The translations under genes were made by a program, and so were the position numbers. From Hymenobacteraceae bacterium (lineage in GTDB: Bacteria > Bacteroidota > Bacteroidia > Cytophagales > Hymenobacteraceae): a DNA stretch of 41,795 nucleotides. The stretch is from NCBI GenBank assembly GCA_046590685.1, contig JBKJUQ010000056.1, forward strand, positions 1 through 41,795, read 5' to 3'. Below the pieces are notes generated by a model. It searched no databases. It was given only the letters and a program-made list of their open reading frames with translations, and was not told the origin of the DNA. Below are positions 33,798-41,795 of this stretch, in pieces; the first letter of the stretch is position 1; every line of letters begins with the position of its first letter.

Positions 33798-33981
33798 CCG
33801 TGTGGCGGCCACGGAGCGCTCCCCGGCGCCCGCCCGCCCGCTGGGGCCGCCACACCGCCCTCCCTGGCGCCAGTATAGAATTCGTGGAAGCCACCATAGG
33901 ATTCCTGCTTCCCGGCAGCCCTCTGTGGCCGCCACAGAGGTGCCCCGGCGGCCCGGCCGCGCGCTGTGGCGGCCACGGCGC
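33798..33981. repeat. Three to four copies of a TGTGGC-N-GCCACA palindrome in a divergent intergenic region
   Basis: CCGTGTGGCGGCCACGG 33798-33814. Half-site GGCCGCCACA 33845-33854. A perfect 10+1+10 palindrome CCTCTGTGGC-C-GCCACAGAGG at 33920-33940. GCGCTGTGGC-G-GCCACGGCGC at 33961-33981 with one arm mismatch. Confidence 0.55.
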
Positions 33982-34091
33982 GGCCCGCGTACTTTCGCAG
34001 CCGCTGTTTTTACTTATTCGTTATGGCTGCCCCCGACAAATCGCGCTTCCTTCAGGGCATCACCATCCGCAACTTCAAGTGCTTCGAGGCC

Positions 34092-35765
34092 ATGCGGCTC
34101 GCCAGCCGAATGGCGGTTGTGATCCTCTTCCTTGCAGGCTTGACGGGTGCTTTACCGGCGGTGGCTCAGCCGACCGGCCCCACCTGGCAGTGGGTAGCCG
34201 CCGGCGGCTCCACCGCCTACGATCAGGCCGAAGCCATCGCGGTGGATGCGGCCGGCAACACCTACGTAGTGGGCGAAGCCCTCGGCCCGCTGCAAATCGG
34301 CGGCGCGACGCTCCCCAATCAGGGGCGCGACGATATTTTCATCGCCAAATACGACCCAACGGGCGCGCTGCTGTGGCTGCGTGGTGGCGGCAGTCCCCAG
34401 CGCGACGATGTAACGGGCCTGGCGGTTGATGCGGCTGGCAACTGTTACGTAAGCGCTACGCTGCGCGGAGCCAGCGTACTGGATGGACAACCGATCGGCG
34501 CTGGTGGTATCCAGGCCGTGGTGGTGGCGTATGACCCCGCCGGTACCCGGCGGTGGCTCTATACGAGCGGGGGCAGTCAGATAGCGGCGGCCAGCGGCCT
34601 GGCCCTCGACGGGGCCGGGAACGCCTATGTGGTAGGCGGGTTCATCGGTCAACTGACGGTTGGCACCACCACCCTGCGCGACACCAACGGCCTTTCGTTT
34701 GTCGCCTCTTTCGACCCGACGGGCGGGGTGCGCTGGGCCCGGCAGTTCGGCGGCACCACCGGCGGCGACGCACCGGCCGCAATCGGGGTCAGCGCAACGG
34801 GCGACTATTACGTGGGCGGCCAGCTCGACAGTGCCGTGACCATCGGCTCGACCACCCTGCACAGCAGTGGCACGACTGACGGGTACCTCGCTAAGTTCAA
34901 CGCGGCCGGCGCCGTGCAGTGGGCCACCGCTTTCGGCGGAGCCGATGGCAGAACCAACCTGGCAAAGATGGTTGTAAGCCCGAACGGCGACTCTTACCTG
35001 ACGGGCGATTTCGATGCTGCCACGCTGACCTTCGGCGCCACGCAGCTCACGCGCTCACCCACGGGCAATTCCTTTGGTTACACCGTGCGCTACACGTCGG
35101 CGGGCGCGGCGCGGTGGGCCCTGGCGGCCAGCAGCAACCAGGATGCCGGCACGTACGGCATCGCGCTGGCCGGCAATGCCGTGCACTTGACGGGTGGTTT
35201 CAGCGGCATCGCCTCGTTTGGGGCTTCATCGCTGACGGCCCGGGGGGCGGCCGATCTGTTCGTGCTCGCCTGCGATACGGCCGGCCAGGTGCTGACGCTC
35301 GCGCAAGCGGGCGGTACCAATCCCGCGAACGATATCACCCTTGGGTACGCTATCGCGGTGGATGCGCTCGGCAACCGGCGCGTAGCCGGCGTAATCAGTG
35401 GTATTACCGCGGGTGGGCAAGCCCAGTTCGGGTCCTTGCCCATAGTGACAGCCCAAGGCGACGCCGATTTCTTTGTTGCCTCGCTCAGCGCCGGACCGCT
35501 GGCCCTGCCATCGGCCTTGGCCGAAGCTGATTTTCGCGTTTTTCCGAACCCTGCGACGCCGCGCGACCGCCTTACCGTGAGCGGCCTGCTGGACGGACCG
35601 GTTAGCCTGACGCTCTTGGATGTTCTGGGCCGCCCGGTGCAAACCACCACCGGCGTTTCGGCCGCGGGAGTCGCAGCCTTCTTCCCCCGCGTACCCGCCG
35701 GGCTGTACACGCTACGGGCGGAACAGGCCGGCCGCGCGCGGACGCGCCGAGTGCTGGTGCGGTAG
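34092..35765 (+). CDS. SBBP-repeat beta-propeller protein with a T9SS C-terminal sorting domain
   Basis: Signal peptide MRLASRMAVVILFLAGLTGALPAVAQ. Repeated motifs AIAVDAAGNTYVVGE / GLAVDAAGNCYVSAT / GLALDGAGNAYVVGGF / AIAVDALGNRRVAG. CTD FRVFPNPATPRDRLTVSG...GLYTLRAEQ...RRVLVR (about nt 35529-35762). Alternative in-frame starts at 34023 (ATG) and 33966 (GTG). Confidence 0.75.
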   Translation: MRLASRMAVVILFLAGLTGALPAVAQPTGPTWQWVAAGGSTAYDQAEAIAVDAAGNTYVVGEALGPLQIGGATLPNQGRDDIFIAKYDPTGALLWLRGGGSPQRDDVTGLAVDAAGNCYVSATLRGASVLDGQPIGAGGIQAVVVAYDPAGTRRWLYTSGGSQIAAASGLALDGAGNAYVVGGFIGQLTVGTTTLRDTNGLSFVASFDPTGGVRWARQFGGTTGGDAPAAIGVSATGDYYVGGQLDSAVTIGSTTLHSSGTTDGYLAKFNAAGAVQWATAFGGADGRTNLAKMVVSPNGDSYLTGDFDAATLTFGATQLTRSPTGNSFGYTVRYTSAGAARWALAASSNQDAGTYGIALAGNAVHLTGGFSGIASFGASSLTARGAADLFVLACDTAGQVLTLAQAGGTNPANDITLGYAIAVDALGNRRVAGVISGITAGGQAQFGSLPIVTAQGDADFFVASLSAGPLALPSALAEADFRVFPNPATPRDRLTVSGLLDGPVSLTLLDVLGRPVQTTTGVSAAGVAAFFPRVPAGLYTLRAEQAGRARTRRVLVR

Positions 35766-35788
35766 ATAAGCCCGCCGCGCGCGACAGG

Positions 35789-37255
35789 TTATTCCGGCGC
35801 CTGAACCGGTAGCGGCGGCAGCTCGGCCACCACCGCCAACTCCCGCGCTTCGGCTTCGGGCACGAGCCACGCCAGGCAGGCGTCGCGGTCATTCCGCACC
35901 TTGCCGTCCAGAATCGCCTCCATCACCAGCGCTTTCAGCTCGCCGACGGTCTTGGAGGGCTTCAGGCCGAAGACGTGCATAATGTCGTCGCCGGTGAGGG
36001 CGGGCTGGAAGGCGCGGAGGTGGTCTTTTTCCTCCACTTCGCGCAGCTTCTGCTCCACTTCGGTGAAGTTGCGCAGGTAGCGCGCCACCTTGGTCGAGTC
36101 CTTCGAGGTGATGTCGGCGCGGCAGAGCTGCATGAGGGCATCCACGTCGTCGCCGGCCTCAAAGAGCAGGCGGCGCACGGCCGAGTCGGTCACGATCTCC
36201 TTTACTAGCGCGATGGGGCGCAGGTGGAGCCGCACGAGCTTCTGCACGAAGCGCATCTCTTCGCCGAGCGGCAGCTTGAGCTTGGTGAAGATGCCGGGTA
36301 CCCAGCGGGCGCCTTTCTCCTCGTGGCCGTGGAAGGTCCAGCCCTGGGCAGGGTAGTACTTCTTGGTGGCGGGCTTGGCGATGTCGTGCAGAATAGCGGC
36401 CCAACGCAGCCAGAGCGACGCCTCGGGCTGGGCGACCACCAGGTTGTCGAGCACCTGGAGGGTGTGGTAGAAATTGTCCTTGTGGGCGTGCTGCCCGACT
36501 TTCTCGACGCCCTGCAACGCCACCAGCTGCGGGAGCATCAGGTGCAGCAGCCCGGTCTGAAACAGCAGCTTGAACCCGTAAGAGGGTTTGGCGGCGAGGA
36601 TAATCTTGTTGAGCTCGGTCGTGATCCGCTCCTGGGAGATGATGGCGAGCCGGTCTTTGTTGCGCCCGAGCGCGTCGAAGGTATCGGGCTCGATGTCGAA
36701 GCCCAGCTGAGTGGCGAAGCGCACCGCGCGCAGCATCCGCAGGGGGTCGTCGGAGAAAGTGACGTCGGGGTCGAGGGGCGTGCGAATGGTTTTGCTCGCG
36801 AGGTCCTTCAGGCCCTCGTATTGATCGACGACGGCGCCGAAGTCCTCCTCGTTCAAGCTCAGCGCGAGGGCGTTGATCGTGAAATCGCGCCGGGCGAGGT
36901 CTTCCGCCAGTGTGCCCGGCGCCACGTCGGGCTTGCGGCTCTCGCCCCGGTAGCTCTCCTTGCGGGCGCCGACGAACTCGACTTCGCCGCCGTCGTACGT
37001 CACCTGCGCGGTGCCGAAGCTCTGGAAGACGCTCACCGTCGCTTTCCCCGGCAACGCCTTCGCCACGGCGCGCGCGAGCCGGATGCCGTCGCCGACGGTC
37101 ACCACGTCGATGTCTTTGCTGGGGCGGCCGAGGGCGCGGTCGCGCACGTAGCCGCCCACCACGTAGGCGGGCTGGCCGAGCGCGGCGGCAGCGGCGGCAA
37201 TGACCCGAAAAATCGGCTGATCGGCGGGGAGGGTAGGGAGGTCAGGCATCGGCAT
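35789..37255 (-). CDS. CCA-adding tRNA nucleotidyltransferase / poly(A) polymerase family protein with HD domain
   Basis: AYVVGGYVRDRALGRPSKDIDVVTVGDG (PolyA_pol head), RDFTINALAL and an HD region AAILHDIAKP. The start is ambiguous among ATGs at 37249, 37255 and 37288. Confidence 0.8.
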   Translation of the reverse strand: MPMPDLPTLPADQPIFRVIAAAAAALGQPAYVVGGYVRDRALGRPSKDIDVVTVGDGIRLARAVAKALPGKATVSVFQSFGTAQVTYDGGEVEFVGARKESYRGESRKPDVAPGTLAEDLARRDFTINALALSLNEEDFGAVVDQYEGLKDLASKTIRTPLDPDVTFSDDPLRMLRAVRFATQLGFDIEPDTFDALGRNKDRLAIISQERITTELNKIILAAKPSYGFKLLFQTGLLHLMLPQLVALQGVEKVGQHAHKDNFYHTLQVLDNLVVAQPEASLWLRWAAILHDIAKPATKKYYPAQGWTFHGHEEKGARWVPGIFTKLKLPLGEEMRFVQKLVRLHLRPIALVKEIVTDSAVRRLLFEAGDDVDALMQLCRADITSKDSTKVARYLRNFTEVEQKLREVEEKDHLRAFQPALTGDDIMHVFGLKPSKTVGELKALVMEAILDGKVRNDRDACLAWLVPEAEARELAVVAELPPLPVQAPE

Positions 37256-37294
37256 CGGCCCGCAAAGGTCGCCTTGACAGCCCATCATCGCCCA

Positions 37295-40120
37295 TTACGC
37301 CCCGAACCGCCGCAACTGGTACGTAAACGTTAGCAGCCAGTAGCGCGTCAGCACGCGGTTTTGCTGGTCTTCGAAGTAGGTGTCAGCGGTCAGGCGCCGG
37401 GCGCCCCGGTTCTGGTCGAGCAGGTCGAAGACGGTCAGCTTCAATTCACCTTGCTGGTTGCGGAAGCACTGCCACGCAAGGCCCGCGTTTAGTAGCGTCA
37501 CGCGCGGATTGTAGCCGGCGGCGCGGCCGGTGGTGGCAGTGTGCCACGCGTCGGCCGTCAGGACGAAGTGGCCGGGAAGCTGGTAGTAGCCGTCGGCAGT
37601 GACGGCGCGCGACCAGTACGCGGTGTTCTGCTGCGGCAGGCGCGCGTACATCGCCCGCTGCCACGAGACGTCGGCGCCGACGCTCAGTTCCGCGCCTTCG
37701 CCGAGTGTCGCGTTCACTTTCAGCGCCTGCCCCACTTGCCACGTACGCACCCGGTTGGGCTGGTTTTGCACAAAGCTGATGCCGCGCGTGGCCGCCAGGC
37801 TAGTGTTGAGGTTGACGTTGAGTTTGAGCGGCGTGAAGCGCTGCCCCAGCGAGAGAAAGCCGTTGAGCGCGCCGTAGTCGTCGGCATTGACGGGCCGCGT
37901 CAGTTGCGCGCCCGCCGGACTGAGCGTCGTGGACGCCACGATGCGGTCGTGGATGCGCTGCCCGCTCAGGAAGCCGAAAACGGAGCGGTTGCGGCCAGCG
38001 TCGAAGTGGGTGTAGGTGGCGGTGAGTTGCTGCACGTATTCGGGCCGGAGCCGTGGGTTGCCGGTCTGCACGTCAAGCGGGTTCGAGTTATCGGCTACGG
38101 GCTGCAATTGCGCCGCGTCGGGCGCTTGGAGCTGGGTGCGGTAGTTGAGCCGAAGCTGACGCCCGCCAGCGCCGGTCCAACTCGCTAACGCGTTGGGCAG
38201 CAGCGCAGGGAAGGCGCGCGCGAAGGCTGTGTCGGCCGACAGGTTGCGCACCCGCAGGGTGGCGGGCTGCGCGTCCAGCCCGATGGCCCAGGCGTAGCGC
38301 AGGCGCCGGGTCTGCACGCGGGCACCCAGGCGCGGCGCGGCGTAGGTACTCCGAAAGGCGTTGGTGAGGGCCTCGTTGGGCTGGTCGTAGGCGTTGGTGG
38401 CGGCGCTGAAGTCGGCGGCGGCGCGGTCGGCGCGCACGGCGTTGTGAGTCAGTTCGGCGTGTACTTCCAGCTTGCGCGTGAGCGAGAGCGGCTCGACGTA
38501 CGACAACGTCAAGCCCTGATTCCACGCCGTGCCGTTCTGCCCGATGCGCTGGTCGAGGCGCCCGGCGAGCGTATCAGGCGCGAACAGCTGCTGGGTAGCC
38601 CGGTTGAAGGCTGCGCCATCCTCTGCATTGAACTGCGAGGAATAATTAACTGAAAACGTGCGCCCCACACGCCGGAAGCGCCGCATCAGCAGGGCCGTGC
38701 CGCCGCCGGTGAGCGCGTTGGTAGTGGCGTCGTACTGGCTCCGGCCGGTGTTGAGCAACGCCCCAACGGCCGCCGTCTGCTGATCAGTGCGCTGGACGCG
38801 GCTGGCCGACTGGCTGACCACGTTCGGCGTCAGGCGCAGGCTCGTGAGCGAATCGAGGGAATAATCAAGCCGACCGAAGAAGCGGTGGCCCGTGGTGGTT
38901 TCGCGCTCCCACGCGGCGCGGTCAGTGACGAGCGGCGGGCGGGATTCGGCGTCGCCCGCACCGGTACCGGGCCACACGGTGTGGCGACGGCTGTACTGGT
39001 CGGTAGTCTCGGTGCCGCGGTTGCTCAACAGGCTGAACGCTACCTCGGTCCGGCGGCCCCAGGCGTCGCGATAGTTGAGGCCCAGCGCGCCGGTCTCCTG
39101 AATGCTCGTCGGCTGGGCGTTGCCGTTGCCGTTGCCGCTGCTGCCCCCGCTGCCGAAGCTGCCCCGCTCGCCGCCGCCGAAGATCGACCCGATGCCCGGC
39201 GTGCCATCGGCGCCGACAGGCAGCGCGTGGGCATCGCTGAAATCGTTCTGGTTGAGGTTATTGGCGGAACCAAGCAGCGACAACTGGCGCCCGTTATCGA
39301 AACGATTGACGCCCAACCGGCCCTGGTAGCGGCCGGCCGTACCCGCGCCGCCGCCGTTGGCGCCAAACCAGCCCTTGCGCTTGTCGCGCCGGGTGATGAG
39401 GTTGATGGAGCGCTGGCGGGTGCCGTCGTCCATCCCGCTGAACGCCGACTGATCGCCCTGCTGATCGAAGAGCTGCACCTGATCGATGATATCGGCGGGG
39501 AGGTTGCGGGTGGCCGCTTTGGGGTCGTCGCCGAAGAACGGCTTGCCGTCTACCAGCACCCGCTGCACGGTCTGGCCCTGCGCCCGAATGGTGCCGTCGC
39601 GGTCTACTTCCACGCCCGGCAGTTTTTTGAGCAACGCTTCCACGGCGGCGTTGGGCTGGGTTCGAAACGCCCGCGCGCTGAACACCAACGTATCGCCCTG
39701 CACACGCACCGGCGCCCGTTCGTGCGCCACTACTGCCTCGTCGAGTTGCTGCGCCAATGGTGCGAGGCGCACCGTGCCAAGCTGCACGGCCGCATTCCCG
39801 GCCGCGTTTTCGGGGGGCAGGCGCACCAGCCGGCGGCGGGCGGCGTATCCAAACATCGTAATCAGCACCTGATAGGTGCCCGGCGCCACGCCGCGCATCG
39901 CAAACTGCCCCTCGCCGCCGGTAAGCGTGAACGTGAGGTACGCCGAATCAGCCGCCGCCAGCAGCGTCACCGATGCCTGCATCACCGCCTGACCGCTGAG
40001 CGAGTCGAGCACGACCCCCGTGATCGTGTGCCGGCCGGGGGCTTTCGCGGTTGGCTGTTGCGCCCGCGCAGAGGTGGCCGCGACTGCCACGAACAGCCAG
40101 ATAGTGAGTAAGTAGCGCAT
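37295..40120 (-). CDS. Outer-membrane beta-barrel family protein (TonB-dependent-receptor-like) with CarboxypepD_reg domain
   Basis: Signal peptide MRYLLTIWLFVAVAATSARAQ. ITGVVLDSLSGQAVMQASVTLL...GEGQFAMRGVAPGTYQVLITMFGY. Plug-like LLKKLPGVEVDRDGTIRAQGQTVQRVLVDGKPFFGDDPKAATRNLPADIIDQVQLFD. C-terminal LTFTYQLRRFGA. Confidence 0.8.
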   Translation of the reverse strand: MRYLLTIWLFVAVAATSARAQQPTAKAPGRHTITGVVLDSLSGQAVMQASVTLLAAADSAYLTFTLTGGEGQFAMRGVAPGTYQVLITMFGYAARRRLVRLPPENAAGNAAVQLGTVRLAPLAQQLDEAVVAHERAPVRVQGDTLVFSARAFRTQPNAAVEALLKKLPGVEVDRDGTIRAQGQTVQRVLVDGKPFFGDDPKAATRNLPADIIDQVQLFDQQGDQSAFSGMDDGTRQRSINLITRRDKRKGWFGANGGGAGTAGRYQGRLGVNRFDNGRQLSLLGSANNLNQNDFSDAHALPVGADGTPGIGSIFGGGERGSFGSGGSSGNGNGNAQPTSIQETGALGLNYRDAWGRRTEVAFSLLSNRGTETTDQYSRRHTVWPGTGAGDAESRPPLVTDRAAWERETTTGHRFFGRLDYSLDSLTSLRLTPNVVSQSASRVQRTDQQTAAVGALLNTGRSQYDATTNALTGGGTALLMRRFRRVGRTFSVNYSSQFNAEDGAAFNRATQQLFAPDTLAGRLDQRIGQNGTAWNQGLTLSYVEPLSLTRKLEVHAELTHNAVRADRAAADFSAATNAYDQPNEALTNAFRSTYAAPRLGARVQTRRLRYAWAIGLDAQPATLRVRNLSADTAFARAFPALLPNALASWTGAGGRQLRLNYRTQLQAPDAAQLQPVADNSNPLDVQTGNPRLRPEYVQQLTATYTHFDAGRNRSVFGFLSGQRIHDRIVASTTLSPAGAQLTRPVNADDYGALNGFLSLGQRFTPLKLNVNLNTSLAATRGISFVQNQPNRVRTWQVGQALKVNATLGEGAELSVGADVSWQRAMYARLPQQNTAYWSRAVTADGYYQLPGHFVLTADAWHTATTGRAAGYNPRVTLLNAGLAWQCFRNQQGELKLTVFDLLDQNRGARRLTADTYFEDQQNRVLTRYWLLTFTYQLRRFGA

Positions 40121-40132
40121 TTGACTTACGTG

Positions 40133-40965
40133 CTACTTGACGCTGTCCACGAGGTGGCGCATAAAATCGGCCTGCGCCTTTTTGCGTATTTCAGTCAGTT
40201 CTTCCGTGCTCACGGCGCGGGCGTCGGGCGCGGGGCGCAGGTCGGGCACGGGTTTGCTGTCGAGGCGGGTGGCGACGTACTGCTCCGTCGCGCTTTCGAG
40301 GCGCAGCACGACACCCGTCGGCGGCGTCACGTCACGCGCCGGCGAGTAGGTGAAGGGCAGTTCAGTCGTGAACCACACCGTGTAGGCCACGCCCGCCACG
40401 GTGTGGCCTCGCGGGCGGCCCGGCCCACGATGGTTTTTCGGCGGCCGGTTTCGCGCCAATCGGGCGGGGTAGTGTAGGACGCCTCCGTGCGGTAGCGGGT
40501 TTCCTGGGCGCCGGCGCCAACCGTCAGCACCCGCACCTGCGTGCGGTCGGCGAGGCGCGCGTGGGTGGTTTCAGCGTAAGACGGACGGAGAACGGCGGGG
40601 TCAAGGGCGGGGCGCGAGGCGGCGGAGCGGGCCGTTTGGGCACGCCCGCCGTCGCCGTCGAGCTGAATAGACGTTTCCTCTCCGTCCTCGCGAGCGTACG
40701 TACCGTCGAAGGCCAGGGTCATCCCGTGGTTGAACACGTCGGGCAGATCGGCGGGGTAGTCGGGGCTGCTAGGTTTCAGCTCTACGCCATCGAGGCCGAT
40801 GATTTTCGGCGCGTCGAGGCGGCGCGTAACTTCGTAGCGAAGATGCCCGGCAGCGGATTGGCCAGCGGATTGGCCAGCGGGTTGGCCAGCGGGTTGAACT
40901 GCTGGCTGGGCGGCGGCGGCAAAGCTGAAACCGACGAGCGCGGTCAGCAAAAACGACTTTAACAT
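40133..40965 (-). pseudogene. GLPGLI-family protein gene interrupted by a frameshift near 40400
   Basis: Two track ORFs (40327..41004 and 40133..40459) are consecutive parts of one family member. The first carries the signal peptide MLKSFLLTALVGFSFAAAAQ, then GHLRYEVTRRLD...WRETGRRKTIVGRAAREAT. The second continues VAGVAYTVWFTTELPFTYSPARDVTPPTGVVLRLE. The two reading frames are separated by 2 nt (the CC of ACA-CC-GTG on the minus strand, at 40400-40401). The span is 833 nt, one short of a multiple of 3. Confidence 0.6.
40854..40901. repeat. 12-bp tandem repeat x4 inside the GLPGLI-like gene, encoding (Q-P/S-A-G)n
   Basis: GCGGATTGGCCA x2, then GCGGGTTGGCCA, then GCGGGTTGAACT. It encodes AQPAVQPAGQPAGQSAGQSAAG directly after the signal peptide. 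Confidence 0.7.
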
Positions 40966-41141
40966 TGGGCACAAAGGGGTGTGTGAAAGGAGGATGCAAA
41001 GCACCGGCGCCGGTGTGTTAAGTACTGGTAAATAATGTTAAAGAGTGTTAAGGCGCCCGGCGCGGCCGGGCGCGGCTGGTACTTTCGGGGCGGGGTAGTC
41101 CATTGTCGGCGGCCCATTATCCTTGTTCCCTCCGGCCACCA

Positions 41142-41795
41142 GTGAAGCACCGTATCCGCGTCATTTTTGGATTGATGACGCTCTGCATTGCGGGCATCAA
41201 CGGGTTCCAGGGCTACTGGCTATACACCACGTGGGGGCTGACCCGCCAGCAGTTTGCCCGCGATGCCCGCGAAGCGCTCTTCGTGGTGGGCCAGCGCGAG
41301 CAACAGGCGTTTTCGCAGTTTCTGACGCGGGAGCTGGCCCAAACCGCCGCCCCAATACCCCAAAAAATCCGGGCGACGCGGGTCGATGAGCAATCGTTTA
41401 CTGACCCCGGGAAACGGCCGCTCGATTCTGCCGATGCCGCCGCGACGGATCGATTGACTATCCGGCAGTTCAAAACGGATTCGTTCGCGTTCATCGGCCT
41501 CGACCGCATCAATCGGATTACCAATCGCTGGCAACTTAATCTGCGCACGATTGGCCGCGCCTACGCTCAGGAGCTGCGGCTGCGGGGCGCCGAGGCCGAT
41601 TTTCAGCTTGATACCCTTCGGCTGGCCTCGGTGCGCCGCTTTCAGATGAGTGATTCTATGGAGGTGCAATGGTCAGGAGCGGGCGGTAGCACTTGGCCCA
41701 GGCAGACGTACGTGTACGCGCTGACCGCGCGTGATTCCGGTGGTTTCGCGCCACTCAGCCGGCTGCGTGATTCGCTGGCTGACCGCCGCGCGCGC
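41142..41795 (+). CDS. Probable membrane sensor histidine kinase, N-terminal part only (runs off the window)
   Basis: Not in the ORF track because it has no stop in the window. Manual translation from the GTG at 41142 gives VKHRIRVIFGLMTLCIAGINGFQGYWLYTTWGLTRQQFARDAREALFVV..., open for 218 codons to the window end. This N-terminal pattern (a TM helix followed by FQGYWLY) is what I recall from Bacteroidota sensor kinases. The overlapping listed ORFs (41123..41389 plus, 41213..41669 minus) look compositionally spurious. Confidence 0.5.
   Translation, partial: MKHRIRVIFGLMTLCIAGINGFQGYWLYTTWGLTRQQFARDAREALFVVGQREQQAFSQFLTRELAQTAAPIPQKIRATRVDEQSFTDPGKRPLDSADAAATDRLTIRQFKTDSFAFIGLDRINRITNRWQLNLRTIGRAYAQELRLRGAEADFQLDTLRLASVRRFQMSDSMEVQWSGAGGSTWPRQTYVYALTARDSGGFAPLSRLRDSLADRRAR

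Noticed and set aside
33793-34429. ORFs 33793..34122, 33800..34429 and the N-terminal extension of 32969..33976 across the divergent intergenic region
   Set aside because: They have Pro/Arg/Gly-rich low-complexity translations driven by the GC-rich palindromes, with no signal or domain features. The flanking genes have better-supported internal ATG starts.
36224-40111. Long plus-strand ORFs (36224..37333, 369 aa; 38885..40111, 408 aa; 37541..38188, 215 aa)
   Set aside because: They are antisense shadows of the CCA-enzyme and outer-membrane barrel genes. They are Arg/Gly/Ala-rich, lack motifs and have the wrong-strand GC3 pattern.
1-41795. Mobile elements, prophage, integrative island or defence system such as restriction-modification, toxin-antitoxin or CBASS-like
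   Set aside because: No transposase, integrase, recombinase, tRNA attachment site, terminal inverted repeats, nuclease/ATPase pairs or small toxin-antitoxin-like gene pairs were recognisable. The only hint is the 23-codon ATPase-like leader at 34023-34091, reported separately with low confidence.

Overview
GC-rich Bacteroidota-type window. The phylum call rests on T9SS C-terminal sorting domains, PorU/PorV-like genes, a GLPGLI-family gene and CarboxypepD_reg TonB-type receptors. A Cytophagia/Hymenobacter-like origin is only an inference.

Layout:
(1) 1-14.9 kb is one co-directional minus-strand glycan operon. It holds a near-complete legionaminic-acid-type nonulosonic acid (NulO) pathway: LegB, LegC, a hexapeptide acetyltransferase, LegI/NeuB, LegG/NeuC, a PtmE-like CBS-nucleotidyltransferase and a CMP-NulO synthetase. 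It also carries an SDR / Gfo-Idh-MocA / SDR trio, an MBOAT plus SGNH/DltD-like O-acylation pair, a Wzx flippase and a polysaccharide deacetylase.
(2) 15.0-17.8 kb is a TonB-dependent receptor plus a secreted HMA metal-binding protein.
(3) 18.0-24.5 kb is a PorV-like barrel gene followed by a 1775-aa PorU-like C25 cysteine peptidase. I consider this candidate second T9SS sortase/shuttle module the most interesting system here.
(4) 24.8-35.8 kb holds an acyltransferase-3, a PadR plus double-PspC membrane sensor, two T9SS cargo genes (DUF5060-GH5 and an SBBP beta-propeller) and two hypotheticals.
(5) 35.8-41.8 kb holds a CCA-adding enzyme, an outer-membrane beta-barrel protein, a frameshifted GLPGLI gene and the 5' part of a probable sensor kinase.

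Two edge genes (1..734 minus, 41142..41795 plus) are absent from the ORF track because they run off the window; I found them by manual translation. The track also uses non-ATG starts, so several N-termini were trimmed to conserved ATG/GTG starts.

No rRNA, tRNA, CRISPR array, transposase or integrase was recognised.

Several intergenic regions carry structured repeats worth follow-up: word-shuffled long hairpins, a 22-bp tandem array, a 17-bp-phased AGTACC array, 40-bp tandem hairpin units and GTGGC-N-GCCAC palindromes.
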